DNA of 47,723 bases from Promethearchaeota archaeon (GCA_048938855.1 JBHLLT010000022.1:1-47723), one strand, 5' to 3'. Counted from the first letter of the stretch, positions 1 through 9,781 are shown. Made by a program: numbers and translations. Notes: generated from the letters alone by a model not told the origin.

Positions 1-531
1 AGGCTTTCCAGTAATAACTGATGGTGCATGATGACGTACTATATTTTCATACTCATCCATCATCCATGCCATTATTTGAGGATTGGTATAAACATCTGGG
101 GCAGGTACATCTATTGTTGGCCCAATAAAATCAGCTAATCGCCTTATATAGCTTCTAGCGAGCGTTTCAAGTTCTCGATTACTCATCTTTCTTGGATCAC
201 AGATGATTCCACCTTTCGCACCACCTAAGGGAATATCTACACAAGCTGTTTTCCATGTCATCCAAGCGGATAATGCTTTTACTAATGAAGCACTTTCGTC
301 AGGATGCCATCGAATTCCTCCTTTCATAGGACCTCTTGCAGAGTTATATTGAGAGCGAAAACCTTTAAAGGTTTTTATTGTTCCATCATCCATTTTCATG
401 GTGATTTTGATTTCTATGAAGCGTTCAGGCTCACTTAGTGCAGCATAAAGATTGTTATCGTAATCAGCTAATTTACATGCATCAGAAAGTTGTTTTTGAG
501 ATATTTTAAAGGGATCAAGTATTTCACTCAT
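1..531 (-). CDS. gdhA: Glutamate dehydrogenase (Glu/Leu/Phe/Val dehydrogenase family), 5' part; runs off the window edge
   Basis: Not in the ORF track. Manual translation from ATG at 531 gives [15 protein letters not shown]...[21 protein letters not shown]...[18 protein letters not shown]...[21 protein letters not shown]...VITGKP, the canonical GDH motifs. Confidence 0.95.
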   Translation of the reverse strand, partial: MSEILDPFKISQKQLSDACKLADYDNNLYAALSEPERFIEIKITMKMDDGTIKTFKGFRSQYNSARGPMKGGIRWHPDESASLVKALSAWMTWKTACVDIPLGGAKGGIICDPRKMSNRELETLARSYIRRLADFIGPTIDVPAPDVYTNPQIMAWMMDEYENIVRHHAPSVITGKP

Positions 532-726
532 AGTAATTTCACTTATTTATGCTTTGAAATGAATTTTGTTCAATTTTAAGAATCAATAATAATTTTTTCT
601 GAAGAAATTTTCTTTTTCTTTTTAATTAAATTAAATAATAAATAATTAAATAAAATAATAGCAATAAAAGTTTGCTGTGGGAAAGATCTGGGAAATACTT
701 AAATATTTCTAAATTTTCAACATTTA

Positions 727-3393
727 TTACTCAATAAGAGAAAATTTGTTTCTTAAATATTGATGAATAGCATGTGCACCTCTTTTTCCAGCTCCCATTG
801 CCGAAATGACAGTAGCAGAACCTGAAACTATATCTCCTCCAGCGTAAACTCCTTCTATATTAGTTCTACTATTTTCATCAATTTCAATATAACCCCACTT
901 ATTTAATTTTAAATCAGGTATTGACTTAGTTAAAATAGGATTAGCCATAGTTCCAATACCTAACAATACAGTATCCGTTTCAATTAAAAATTCAGAATTT
1001 TCAATTGGAATTGGTCTACGTCTTCCTGAATCATCTGGTTCACCTAAGCGCATTTTAATGGCCTGAATTTGTTTTATATTTCCCTTCTCATCTCCTATAA
1101 ATTTTATAGGATTTGTTAAGAATTGAAATTCAATCCCTTCTTCTAAAGCATGATGGTATTCTTCTCGTCTAGCAGGCATCTCTAATTCCGATCTCCTATA
1201 AACAACTATTACTCTTTTAGCTCCTAATCGCCTAGCCACTCTTGAAGCGTCAAGAGCGGTATTTCCACCACCAATAACTGTTACAATTTCTCCTACTTTA
1301 ATTGGAGTATCATATTCAGGAAATCTGTAAGCTTTCATTAGATTTGCTCTTGTGAGAAATTCATTTGCAGTTAAAACTCCATTTAAACCTAATCCAGGAA
1401 TTTTAGGAAACATTGGAAGTCCGGCACCTACTCCAATGAAAAAAGCTTCAAATCCCATATCTCGTAAATCTTGAAGAGAAAGAATTTTCCCTATAATTTT
1501 ATTATATTCAATTTTAACATCAAGCATTTTCAAAGTTTCAATTTCTTCTTTGACAATCTTTTTTGGCAATCTGAATTCAGGAATACCGTAAATTAGTACA
1601 CCACCTCCAGCATGGAAAGCTTCAAAAATAGTTACATCGTAACCTTTTCTGGCAAGTTCTCCTGCGCAAGTTAATCCTGCAGGTCCAGAACCTATCACTG
1701 CAACCTTAATATTATTTGGAGCTTTACATTCAGGGCATTCTTTTAGTTGGTTTTCTCTTTCCCAATCAGCAATAAATCTTTCTAAATATCCAATTGCGAT
1801 TGGCTCATCTAATTCATTTAACAAACAGGCGCTTTCACATTGTACTTCTTGAGGACACACTCTCCCACAGACAGCAGGTAGTAAATTATAATCTTTCATA
1901 ACTCTGAGTGCATCAATATATTTTTCTCCTCTTAATAACCTAATAAATCGAGGAATGTCAATATTTACTGGACATCCAGAAACGCATTGTGGTAATCCAC
2001 ATTGTAGACATCTTTTTGATTCTAACTTTACCATTTCTAGAGTTAATCCTTTAGGTACTTCCTGAAAATTATTAACTCTTATCTCAGGTTCTTGTTGGAT
2101 CATTTTTGGTCTCGTTAATTCCTTAAAAAGCTTTTGTTTTGATTTGCTAATTCTGGTTATAATAGTAAAACTTTCACTTTCCTCACTTATTTCTTTAAAA
2201 TTAATTGATTGAAGATTAGCTGCTTTCTTGAATAAATCTGCTCCCTTTTTAGTTCTAATAATAACTGTTGACCATCCTGGTTCTGAACCAATAGAACCTA
2301 CAGAAATATCTGCTTGTTCTGAGGTTAGATCGTCACAAAAAAAGCATCCTAATCTTCCATATGTCTTGAGTTTTTTAACAGGTACACTATAAATAGACTG
2401 ATCTTTATGAAAAGCATAAAACCGTCCTTTATCTATGTCCATATTCTTAATATTATTAGGAGATAATTGAAATTCGGTTTTTAAAAGTTTTTTTATATTT
2501 TCATAGTCAAATGATTCCATGCAAAACAAACCAATTTTTAATGTAATATTATCATAAAAGGGCTTGTTAATTGGATAAAAATCAATTTTCATTAATGCTT
2601 CCATCATGCAGGGTGTGCCAACTATAGCGATATTATTATAATCTTTTGATCTATGTAATAATTTCAAAGAAGGAGAATTAGTATACTTAGTACCTGCTGT
2701 TCTTATTAATTCCTCTTCTCTATCAATTAAGACTGGTAAAGGTTTATGTGGCTCGTCTGAAACACTTACTGCTATAGCAGCATCTATTAATTTTTCCTCA
2801 AACGCTGTTTTAAGTAAAGTTGTAACAATTCCACCATTTTGAGCATGGATTTTTATTTGTTTATCAGTAGTTTTAGCAGAATATATTTTATAATAATGAT
2901 TTATTTGTTCAACAAATTTTGTGTCTAATTCATCTTTCTCTTGGTATTTTTTTAAATTCTTAGGGAAGAATGACCTTGGACAACATGAAAAGCACAATCC
3001 ACAATTGAAACAAAGATCCTTATTAATTTCAAATGTGCCACTTATATAATTAATAGCATGTACAGGGCAAACAGAATCACACAAACCACATCCACAGCAT
3101 AAATTAGTATCTCGTACTATGGAGACGTTGGGAAATAAGCCCGGATGCTCATTTTGTTGTATATATTTATGAAAAAAACGTGATTTTTCTCCCAAAAATT
3201 CTAAAGAGCCTAATTCTTTTAAATATTCAATATTAAAAATCAAATCTCTAATAGGAATCTTTAATTCATTTTTCAATTTTTGGAGATCTAAAGTCCCAAT
3301 CTCTTTAATCTTCTTTAATATTGCTTGTCTTTGATTTTCGGCTTCTTGTATTGAGTTAAGGAAAGTATTAAATTGCGATTTAGTATATCTCAA
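727..3393 (-). CDS. nfnB: Fusion protein: N-terminal wHTH-like region + 2[4Fe-4S] ferredoxin + FrhB/FdhB (F420-binding family) domain + NfnB/SudA (GltD-like) flavoprotein
   Basis: Ferredoxin motifs CCGCGLCDSVCP and CFNCGLCFSCCP. FrhB motifs QNGGIVTTLL, TAGTKY, VGTPC, IGLFCMESF, GCFFCDD, ADISVGSIGS. NfnB motifs RCLQC..CVSGCP, CGRVCPQEVQCE, GSGPAG, GGGNTA, YRRS, AGGDIVSG. The frame stays open upstream to an ATA at 3465. Confidence 0.9.
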   Translation of the reverse strand: MRYTKSQFNTFLNSIQEAENQRQAILKKIKEIGTLDLQKLKNELKIPIRDLIFNIEYLKELGSLEFLGEKSRFFHKYIQQNEHPGLFPNVSIVRDTNLCCGCGLCDSVCPVHAINYISGTFEINKDLCFNCGLCFSCCPRSFFPKNLKKYQEKDELDTKFVEQINHYYKIYSAKTTDKQIKIHAQNGGIVTTLLKTAFEEKLIDAAIAVSVSDEPHKPLPVLIDREEELIRTAGTKYTNSPSLKLLHRSKDYNNIAIVGTPCMMEALMKIDFYPINKPFYDNITLKIGLFCMESFDYENIKKLLKTEFQLSPNNIKNMDIDKGRFYAFHKDQSIYSVPVKKLKTYGRLGCFFCDDLTSEQADISVGSIGSEPGWSTVIIRTKKGADLFKKAANLQSINFKEISEESESFTIITRISKSKQKLFKELTRPKMIQQEPEIRVNNFQEVPKGLTLEMVKLESKRCLQCGLPQCVSGCPVNIDIPRFIRLLRGEKYIDALRVMKDYNLLPAVCGRVCPQEVQCESACLLNELDEPIAIGYLERFIADWERENQLKECPECKAPNNIKVAVIGSGPAGLTCAGELARKGYDVTIFEAFHAGGGVLIYGIPEFRLPKKIVKEEIETLKMLDVKIEYNKIIGKILSLQDLRDMGFEAFFIGVGAGLPMFPKIPGLGLNGVLTANEFLTRANLMKAYRFPEYDTPIKVGEIVTVIGGGNTALDASRVARRLGAKRVIVVYRRSELEMPARREEYHHALEEGIEFQFLTNPIKFIGDEKGNIKQIQAIKMRLGEPDDSGRRRPIPIENSEFLIETDTVLLGIGTMANPILTKSIPDLKLNKWGYIEIDENSRTNIEGVYAGGDIVSGSATVISAMGAGKRGAHAIHQYLRNKFSLIE

Positions 3394-3461
3394 TTGCTGT
3401 AATACTTTATTTTTGTTTTCAGTGAAAATAGTAATTAATGGTGTTTTTTCAATTATTTTAT

Positions 3462-4346
3462 CTATGAAGGTTCACCTTCTAATTTTTTTAATGCTTCACA
3501 TTCATGGGTATATCGATCTAATGATTCTTTTTCTTGATCGAGAAACCTATTAGCACGATTTATGAGATTATCAAAATCTATAATATGAGCATCAACATCA
3601 GGGCCATCTACACAAGCAAAGTATATATCACCGTCTTTTGTAGGAAAACGACACCCTCCGCACATACCAGTGCCATCAATCATAATCGTATTTAATGATA
3701 CATACGTTTTCACCTTGGGTAATCCCTCTATACCACTTGTAGTTAATGCTACATTTTTCATCATTATTAAAGGCCCAATTGCGATAACTAAATCGATCAT
3801 CCGTTTTTTGATTAATTCTTTTAATGGTGAAGTTACAAAACCCTTGATTCCCGCACTTCCATCATTAGTAGTGATTATTATCTCATCACTTACCATACTC
3901 ATTTTATCCTTCCAAAAAATTAGATCTGCGGTTCGAGCGCCTAATATTGATATGATTGTATTCCCTACATTCTTCAATTCCTTTGCTTGAGGATAACAAG
4001 GGGCAATACCTACTCCACCACCAATAATAATTACTGGATTATCATATTTCTTTATATGTATCTTATTTCCTAAAGGCCCAACTACATCTGATATTTCATC
4101 ACCTTCCTCTTGATGAGAAAGTAATAATGTAGATTTTCCTACAACTTGAATTACAAGTGTAATAATTCCTTTTTCTCTGTTGTAATCCGCAATAGTAAGG
4201 GGAATTCTCTCGCCTTTCTCGTTAATCCTAATTAATACAAAATTTCCAGCATATGCTTTTTTAGCAATTAATGGGGCAAAAATATCCATTTCGAATAATG
4301 TGCCACTATCACCAAGCTGAACCTTTTTTATAATTTTATAAGACAA
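3462..4346 (-). CDS. nfnA: NfnA/SudB (PyrK-like FAD, NAD, [2Fe-2S]) small subunit of Nfn transhydrogenase
   Basis: GERIPLTI, GGGVGIAP and MIDGTGMCGGCR...CVDGP motifs (Asp/Cys-ligated 2Fe-2S). Directly upstream of the NfnB-like gene. Confidence 0.9.
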   Translation of the reverse strand: MSYKIIKKVQLGDSGTLFEMDIFAPLIAKKAYAGNFVLIRINEKGERIPLTIADYNREKGIITLVIQVVGKSTLLLSHQEEGDEISDVVGPLGNKIHIKKYDNPVIIIGGGVGIAPCYPQAKELKNVGNTIISILGARTADLIFWKDKMSMVSDEIIITTNDGSAGIKGFVTSPLKELIKKRMIDLVIAIGPLIMMKNVALTTSGIEGLPKVKTYVSLNTIMIDGTGMCGGCRFPTKDGDIYFACVDGPDVDAHIIDFDNLINRANRFLDQEKESLDRYTHECEALKKLEGEPS

Positions 4347-4460
4347 TCCAGATCATCCTAATTTTAAATATCAATCAAATTTTCATTTTAATAAATTATT
4401 TTCCTCTAATTGAACGTATAATCTAATCTAAAAAAATATTTTCCTATCTACAATACTTAC

Positions 4461-4474
4461 GGGAATTCTTTCCC
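4461..4474. promoter_or_regulatory. Palindrome GGGAATTCTTTCCC between the putative TATA box (~4513-4521, minus strand) and the nfnA start
   Basis: GGGA-N6-TCCC. The same element recurs at 9812-9825 and 10899-10911. Confidence 0.5.
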
Positions 4475-4691
4475 TTAATTCGTCCCCATTTTTGATATGT
4501 AAAATAATAACCTTTATTAAATAGATTGTTTCAAATCAATATAAAAATGTAATTTAAATAAAGTAATTTACTAATTGGAAAAGTTAATTTTCTAAAAAAC
4601 TTATTTAGTATTAAGATTCAAATATTTTCAATTTATATTATATATTTTAATAAGCACGTAAAGGAAAAAAATAGTAAATTAGTTCAAAACT

Positions 4692-6248
4692 ATGGCAATT
4701 TTAGTGTTAGATTTTGGAGGACAATATACACATCTAATTACTCGACGGATAAGAGATTTGGGTGTGTACTCTGAAATTTTACCTTTTGATGTAGATCTTG
4801 ATATATTGATTAAAAAAAACCCGAAAGCTATAATTCTTTCAGGAGGCCCTGGAAGTGTCTATGAGAAAGATGATCCTAAATTAAGTAATGAATTTTTTCA
4901 ATTTACAATCCAAAACAAAATTCCAGTCTTAGGAATTTGCTATGGTCATCATTTGATTATGCAACAAATGGGAGGCAGAGTTGAATCTAAAGAAAAAAAA
5001 GAATATGGAAAAGCAAAGCTCACAATTATTAAACCTAATTTACTTTTTGAAGACTTAGAAAAAGAACAATTAATATGGATGTCTCATGGAGATCAGATCA
5101 TAGAACTTGCGAAAGGATTTGAAGTATATGCTAATACTGAAACATGTCCGGTTGCTGCATACGGAAATCGAGAAAAACTACTATATGGAGTTCAATTCCA
5201 TCCAGAAGTATCAAACACACCGAATGGAAATAAAATCTTAGAAAACTTCATATATAAAATTGCTAAAGCTAAAAATGAATGGAAATTAGAAGGATGGATT
5301 GATAAGACTATTGAAGAATTAAGAAAAGAAATTGGTTCAGATAAAAAAGTTGTTTTGGGATTAAGTGGTGGAGTTGATTCTTCTGTTACTGCTGTGCTTC
5401 TTCATAAAGCAATTGGAGAAAGGTTGCATTGTATTTTCGTAAATAATGGTGTATTAAGAAAAAATGAAGAATTTGAAGTTCAGGAAACGTTTAGAGAAAA
5501 ACAAAAATTTAAACATTTCCATTATGTTGACGCCGAAGATATCTTTCTAAAAAGACTTGCGAATGTTAAAGATCCTGAGGAGAAACGACGAATAATTGGC
5601 CATACGTTTATTGAAGTTTTTGAGAATAAGACTATTGAATTAGAAAAAGCGTATCCGGATATTAATTATCTTGCACAGGGAACGATTTATCCCGATCGAG
5701 TTGAAACAAGTGCTACTAGTAAAGTTTCAGCTAAAATTAAATCACATCATAATTTAACTCTTCCAGAGAATATGAAGTTAAAGATAATTGAGCCTTTAAG
5801 AGATCTTTATAAAGATGAGGTAAGAAGAGTTGGTTTAAAATTAGGTTTACCAAAAAATATAATTAATCGTCATCCATTCCCAGGACCTGGGTTAGCAGTC
5901 AGGATAATAGGCGCAGTAGATAAAGAAAAGTTGACTATTTTAAGGAATGCAGATGAAATTCTAATAGAAGAGATTAGAAATGCCGGAATTTACAACCAAA
6001 TCTGGCAAGCATTTTGTGTATTTCTTCCTTTGAAGACTGTTGGAATAATGGGTGATTTTCGCACTTATGAGTATATTTGTTCCATAAGAATAGTTGAATC
6101 GAGTGATGCTATGACAGCTAACTTTTTCAAATTAGATTGGAACCTCCTTGAAAGAATTGGAACGAGAATTGCTAATGAGGTCCAAGGTATAAATCGTGTA
6201 GTTTATGATATTTCAAACAAGCCTCCAAGTACAATAGAATATGAGTAA
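4692..6248 (+). CDS. guaA: GMP synthase (glutamine-hydrolysing), single-chain GATase + synthase
   Basis: LDFGGQYT, GICYG (Cys), QFHPE, SGGVDS, IKSHHN, HPFPGPGL and KPPSTIEYE motifs. Confidence 0.97.
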   Translation: MAILVLDFGGQYTHLITRRIRDLGVYSEILPFDVDLDILIKKNPKAIILSGGPGSVYEKDDPKLSNEFFQFTIQNKIPVLGICYGHHLIMQQMGGRVESKEKKEYGKAKLTIIKPNLLFEDLEKEQLIWMSHGDQIIELAKGFEVYANTETCPVAAYGNREKLLYGVQFHPEVSNTPNGNKILENFIYKIAKAKNEWKLEGWIDKTIEELRKEIGSDKKVVLGLSGGVDSSVTAVLLHKAIGERLHCIFVNNGVLRKNEEFEVQETFREKQKFKHFHYVDAEDIFLKRLANVKDPEEKRRIIGHTFIEVFENKTIELEKAYPDINYLAQGTIYPDRVETSATSKVSAKIKSHHNLTLPENMKLKIIEPLRDLYKDEVRRVGLKLGLPKNIINRHPFPGPGLAVRIIGAVDKEKLTILRNADEILIEEIRNAGIYNQIWQAFCVFLPLKTVGIMGDFRTYEYICSIRIVESSDAMTANFFKLDWNLLERIGTRIANEVQGINRVVYDISNKPPSTIEYE

Positions 6249-6351
6249 AATATCTTATCTTAATATTTAATTTTTTGAAATTTTACCTATTAAATTTTAA
6301 TTCTTATATAAATTAGATCCTATAAAATCATATTTTTATGAATGGATTATA

Positions 6352-8142
6352 ATGAAAGAAAAAGAAATTGCTTGGGATTTAACAGGAATTTTCTCTGGAT
6401 ATAACGACCCTAAAATTGCTGAAAATATGGAAAGACTTACGAAAGAAGCTAATGAATTTATAAAAAAGTATAAAGGAAAAATCAATATACCTGATTTTAC
6501 TCCTCAAAATTTATTAGATTTGTTTCAAAAGCAAGAAAAATTCAATGCTAATGTTGATGAGATTGAATTATTTTCAAATCGTTTATACGTTGCGAATATG
6601 ACAATTCCTGAAAGTGAAGCTTTAAAAAATAAGGTTGAAGATTTCATTACTAAGATTGCTAAAGATTTGGCGTTTCTAGAATTAGAAGTGGCTAAATATG
6701 TAAATGAAAATGCTGAAATAATTGAAGATCCTATTCTCTCTAATTATAAACATAAATTAGAAATAATTAAAAGAGCATATCCTCATAATTTATCGGAAGT
6801 GGAAGAACAACTTATCCTCGAGAAAGATCAATATGGTGTTATAGCTTGGAGCAATCTTCAATCAAAGTGGCTAAATACCAGAAAAATTGTAGTAAATGTT
6901 GAAGGTGTTGATAAAGAACTTTCATATGGAGAAGCTAATGCTTTATTGAACCACCCTGATAGAGGAACAAGAATCTCAGCTAATAAATCTATTTATGGCT
7001 TATTGGGGGAAGAAGAAATTGTTTTTTCATCAGCATTACGAAGCGTTTGCGGTGATTGGTTAAATAATTCAAAAAGACGTAAATATGATAATCCAATGCA
7101 TGACAGTCTAATTGTAAATGATTCTACCCAGGAAATTATAGATAATTTAATGAATGCAATAGAAGAAGGAAGTGATGTCTATCGAAAATATATGAATCTC
7201 AAAGCAAAAATTTTAGGTTTTCCAAAATTAAATTGCGCTGATGTCCGTGCTCCCTTAACACTAGCACCACATAAGAAATATTCCTGGGATACTACAAAAA
7301 AGCTTGTTCTTCAAGCTTATGAAAGATTCAATGACGAATTTTTTGAGATTGTAAATGATATGTTTAATAGAAGTCATATTGATGCAAGCCCTAGAAAAGG
7401 TAAAAGAAATGGAGCAAACTGTGCTGCTTGGTTCAATGCAAAGTCTGCTTTTGTTTTGATGACTTTTACTGGTGAGTTAAATGAAATTTTTACTCTTGCT
7501 CATGAACTTGGACATGCTATCCATGATTATTTAGCTATTAAAGAGCAAACATTCTTTAATTTTCATCCAGGTTATACTGTTGCAGAAGTAGCATCCACGT
7601 TTGGGGAATTACTATTAACAGATCTCCTTCTTGAAACGACGGAATCAAAAGAAGAAAAAATGGGAATATTAGCACATGTATTGGATGATGCAGGTCAAGC
7701 TGCATTTCAAGTAAGTGCAAGAGTTTGGTTTGAACAAGACTTATATAAAGCAATTGAAAATGGTGAAAATCTAGATGGAAAAACGATTTCAAAATATTGG
7801 TGTGCAGGAAGAGATAGGATTTATGGAGATTCCGTTGAATGGTTTGAAGAGATGGATTGGGAATGGACTATGAAACCACATTATTATATACCAAATTTTC
7901 GATTCTATAATTATCCCTATGTTTATGCCCAATTATTTGTCTATGCATTATACCAAACTTATAAGACTGAAGGTAAAGATTTTGTTCCCAAATTCAAAAA
8001 ACTTCTCGCTGCTGGGGGGAGTGTTTCACCTGAAGAACTTGGTAGATATGTAGGTTTAGATATCACTAAAAAAGATTTCTGGAAGTTGGGTATAAAACAG
8101 TATGGAGATTTTGTAAATCAACTAGAAAAACTCATGAAATAA
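6352..8142 (+). CDS. pepF: Oligoendopeptidase F (M3B family)
   Basis: N-terminal WDL, RKGKRNGA, TLAHELGHAIH (HExxH), AEVAS and PHYY..FYNYPY motifs. Confidence 0.93.
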   Translation: MKEKEIAWDLTGIFSGYNDPKIAENMERLTKEANEFIKKYKGKINIPDFTPQNLLDLFQKQEKFNANVDEIELFSNRLYVANMTIPESEALKNKVEDFITKIAKDLAFLELEVAKYVNENAEIIEDPILSNYKHKLEIIKRAYPHNLSEVEEQLILEKDQYGVIAWSNLQSKWLNTRKIVVNVEGVDKELSYGEANALLNHPDRGTRISANKSIYGLLGEEEIVFSSALRSVCGDWLNNSKRRKYDNPMHDSLIVNDSTQEIIDNLMNAIEEGSDVYRKYMNLKAKILGFPKLNCADVRAPLTLAPHKKYSWDTTKKLVLQAYERFNDEFFEIVNDMFNRSHIDASPRKGKRNGANCAAWFNAKSAFVLMTFTGELNEIFTLAHELGHAIHDYLAIKEQTFFNFHPGYTVAEVASTFGELLLTDLLLETTESKEEKMGILAHVLDDAGQAAFQVSARVWFEQDLYKAIENGENLDGKTISKYWCAGRDRIYGDSVEWFEEMDWEWTMKPHYYIPNFRFYNYPYVYAQLFVYALYQTYKTEGKDFVPKFKKLLAAGGSVSPEELGRYVGLDITKKDFWKLGIKQYGDFVNQLEKLMK

Positions 8143-8165
8143 AATAAGAAAAAAATAAATTACAT

Positions 8166-8894
8166 TTATCTTTCTTTTCTTTTAATAAATACAATTAATC
8201 CGGTTAATGCAACTGCTGTCACTCCTACAATTACAATACTGACAGTGAGATTTCGGGATGAAATTAACGTGGATAATGCTTCACATACTTCAATTGTAGG
8301 AGCTCGGCTTGCTCCACCACCAGTTGGTCCTCCTCCTGTGGTACCAGTCACTATCCTTTGATCAATCACAACTCGTTCATCTACAGTTATCCCTCCAGCT
8401 GCAGTTACTTGTGTAGCTGAATTAACATCATAAGAGATTCTGACACCATCAACAATATCTGCAGCAGCAAGAACACGAATTCCAATGCATAATGAAGAAA
8501 TAATTAAACCTAAGTTATAAGCATTAACTAATAAATTCAATGTCGTTGGGTCATTTAACAACGCAGACCAATGACCCCCACTTGGAATAAAAATGCAATC
8601 ATATTGAAAGAGGGTGTTATTGTTGACTTCTGAAATTAAAGTATTTACTGGGACAGGCCTTGGATTCGTATTATAACATGATGTAACTGATGGTGTTAAT
8701 CCTGCGGTGGTGACTTCCCAGCCCCAAAATTCAAAATATCCTTTAGCAGGGAAGTAAGTATCCCCAACGCTGTTTGCAGCTAATATCATAACTTTATGGC
8801 CAAACATATATGCATTAACAGAAGTAGCAAAGAGACAACTAGTAATTGGCAGGAGAGATAAAAAAAGCAGAATAAATTTTGAATAATTTTTCAA
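8166..8894 (-). CDS. Secreted, C-terminally membrane-anchored DJ-1/PfpI family protein
   Basis: Signal-peptide-like N-terminus, YDCIFIPSGG, SSLCIG nucleophile elbow, VVIDQRIVTG, and a C-terminal TM helix followed by KRKER. Confidence 0.8.
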   Translation of the reverse strand: MKNYSKFILLFLSLLPITSCLFATSVNAYMFGHKVMILAANSVGDTYFPAKGYFEFWGWEVTTAGLTPSVTSCYNTNPRPVPVNTLISEVNNNTLFQYDCIFIPSGGHWSALLNDPTTLNLLVNAYNLGLIISSLCIGIRVLAAADIVDGVRISYDVNSATQVTAAGGITVDERVVIDQRIVTGTTGGGPTGGGASRAPTIEVCEALSTLISSRNLTVSIVIVGVTAVALTGLIVFIKRKER

Positions 8895-9032
8895 AAAATT
8901 TTCATCTCAAGTTTTTTGATTCTAATAAGGGAATATTTTAAATTTCATAACATGAATCTTAATTTCTTTATAAATTTATGTTGAGTTTTCTATACCATCA
9001 TAAATAATAAGATTCTTTACTTTTAAGTGGAG

Positions 9033-9068
9033 CTCTTGCCATGGAAGGGAGTAGATCCATGGCAAGAG
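9033..9068. repeat. Perfect 13-bp inverted repeat (hairpin) with a 10-nt loop
   Basis: CTCTTGCCATGGA-agggagtaga-TCCATGGCAAGAG. GC-rich in AT-rich intergenic DNA, with no U-tract after it on either strand. Confidence 0.85.
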
Positions 9069-9289
9069 TGTGAATAAATGGCTAATTATGGACTCCGTAT
9101 TTTTAAAGAAGGGATGAAGGAAGCTTGGTGGTTAATTTTACAATTCTATATGAACAAGGTGTAGGATTTGATCTTTATTTTACGATAAGTTTCTTATACA
9201 TCTAACAGTATAATTTAAGATCAATCCATCCACCTAATTTTTGAAATTTTTATCAGTACTGGACTTTTTATTAAACACCTCCTTATAGT

Positions 9290-9499
9290 TTATTCATAGA
9301 GTATAATATAATCTTTTATTTCTAATTTCCTTTGAGATCTCAATCTTTTGAAGCTCTCTTGACTAATTATATCTGAATTACAATTCCATTTATAATCTTT
9401 TATACAATTACTAAATATTTTGCCAAAATAAACTGATTTACAACAGTTAATCTTCCTCCCATAGGAAAATTCATCTCCGCATTCCTCACATTTTATCAT
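9290..9499 (-). CDS. Small Cys-rich Zn-ribbon protein (paralog of 10949..11341)
   Basis: KCEECGDE, KDYKWNCNS..F..LRS and C-terminal ILYE, all shared with the 130-aa ORF. Confidence 0.75.
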   Translation of the reverse strand: MIKCEECGDEFSYGRKINCCKSVYFGKIFSNCIKDYKWNCNSDIISQESFKRLRSQRKLEIKDYIILYE

Positions 9500-9526
9500 A
9501 ATTAATAATTCTCTTCTAATTTCAGC

Positions 9527-9781
9527 TTATAACGCTTCATATTTTCGTGGCTTTTTATCATAATGTATTACTATTTTTTCTGGCATTTTTTCATTAATTC
9601 TTTTTATTACTTTTGAAAGTCCATTAGGACTTTTATAACCCATAGCGAAAGACCATTCTGCTACTGAAGAAATGCCAATTTCTTTCAATTTCTCTAAGCA
9701 CATTTGCTCGTAGGTTCTTGGAATTTGTTCAATTGTTTTTAATCTCTCTTGAAACTTTGTTCTAAATTGTTTTAAAGACAT
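9527..9781 (-). CDS. Small winged-helix DNA-binding protein (putative regulator)
   Basis: LEKLKEIGISSVAEWSFAMGYKSPNGLSKVIKRI helix-turn-helix pattern with a wing (DKKPRKYEAL). Has its own TATA box at ~9857-9864. Confidence 0.65.
   Translation of the reverse strand: MSLKQFRTKFQERLKTIEQIPRTYEQMCLEKLKEIGISSVAEWSFAMGYKSPNGLSKVIKRINEKMPEKIVIHYDKKPRKYEAL

Noticed and set aside
727-2100. Calling the C-terminal half a glutamate synthase small subunit (gltD) that partners the gltB genes
   Set aside because: Pairing with an NfnA/SudB gene indicates Nfn. A role as electron donor to glutamate synthase cannot be excluded but has no direct support.
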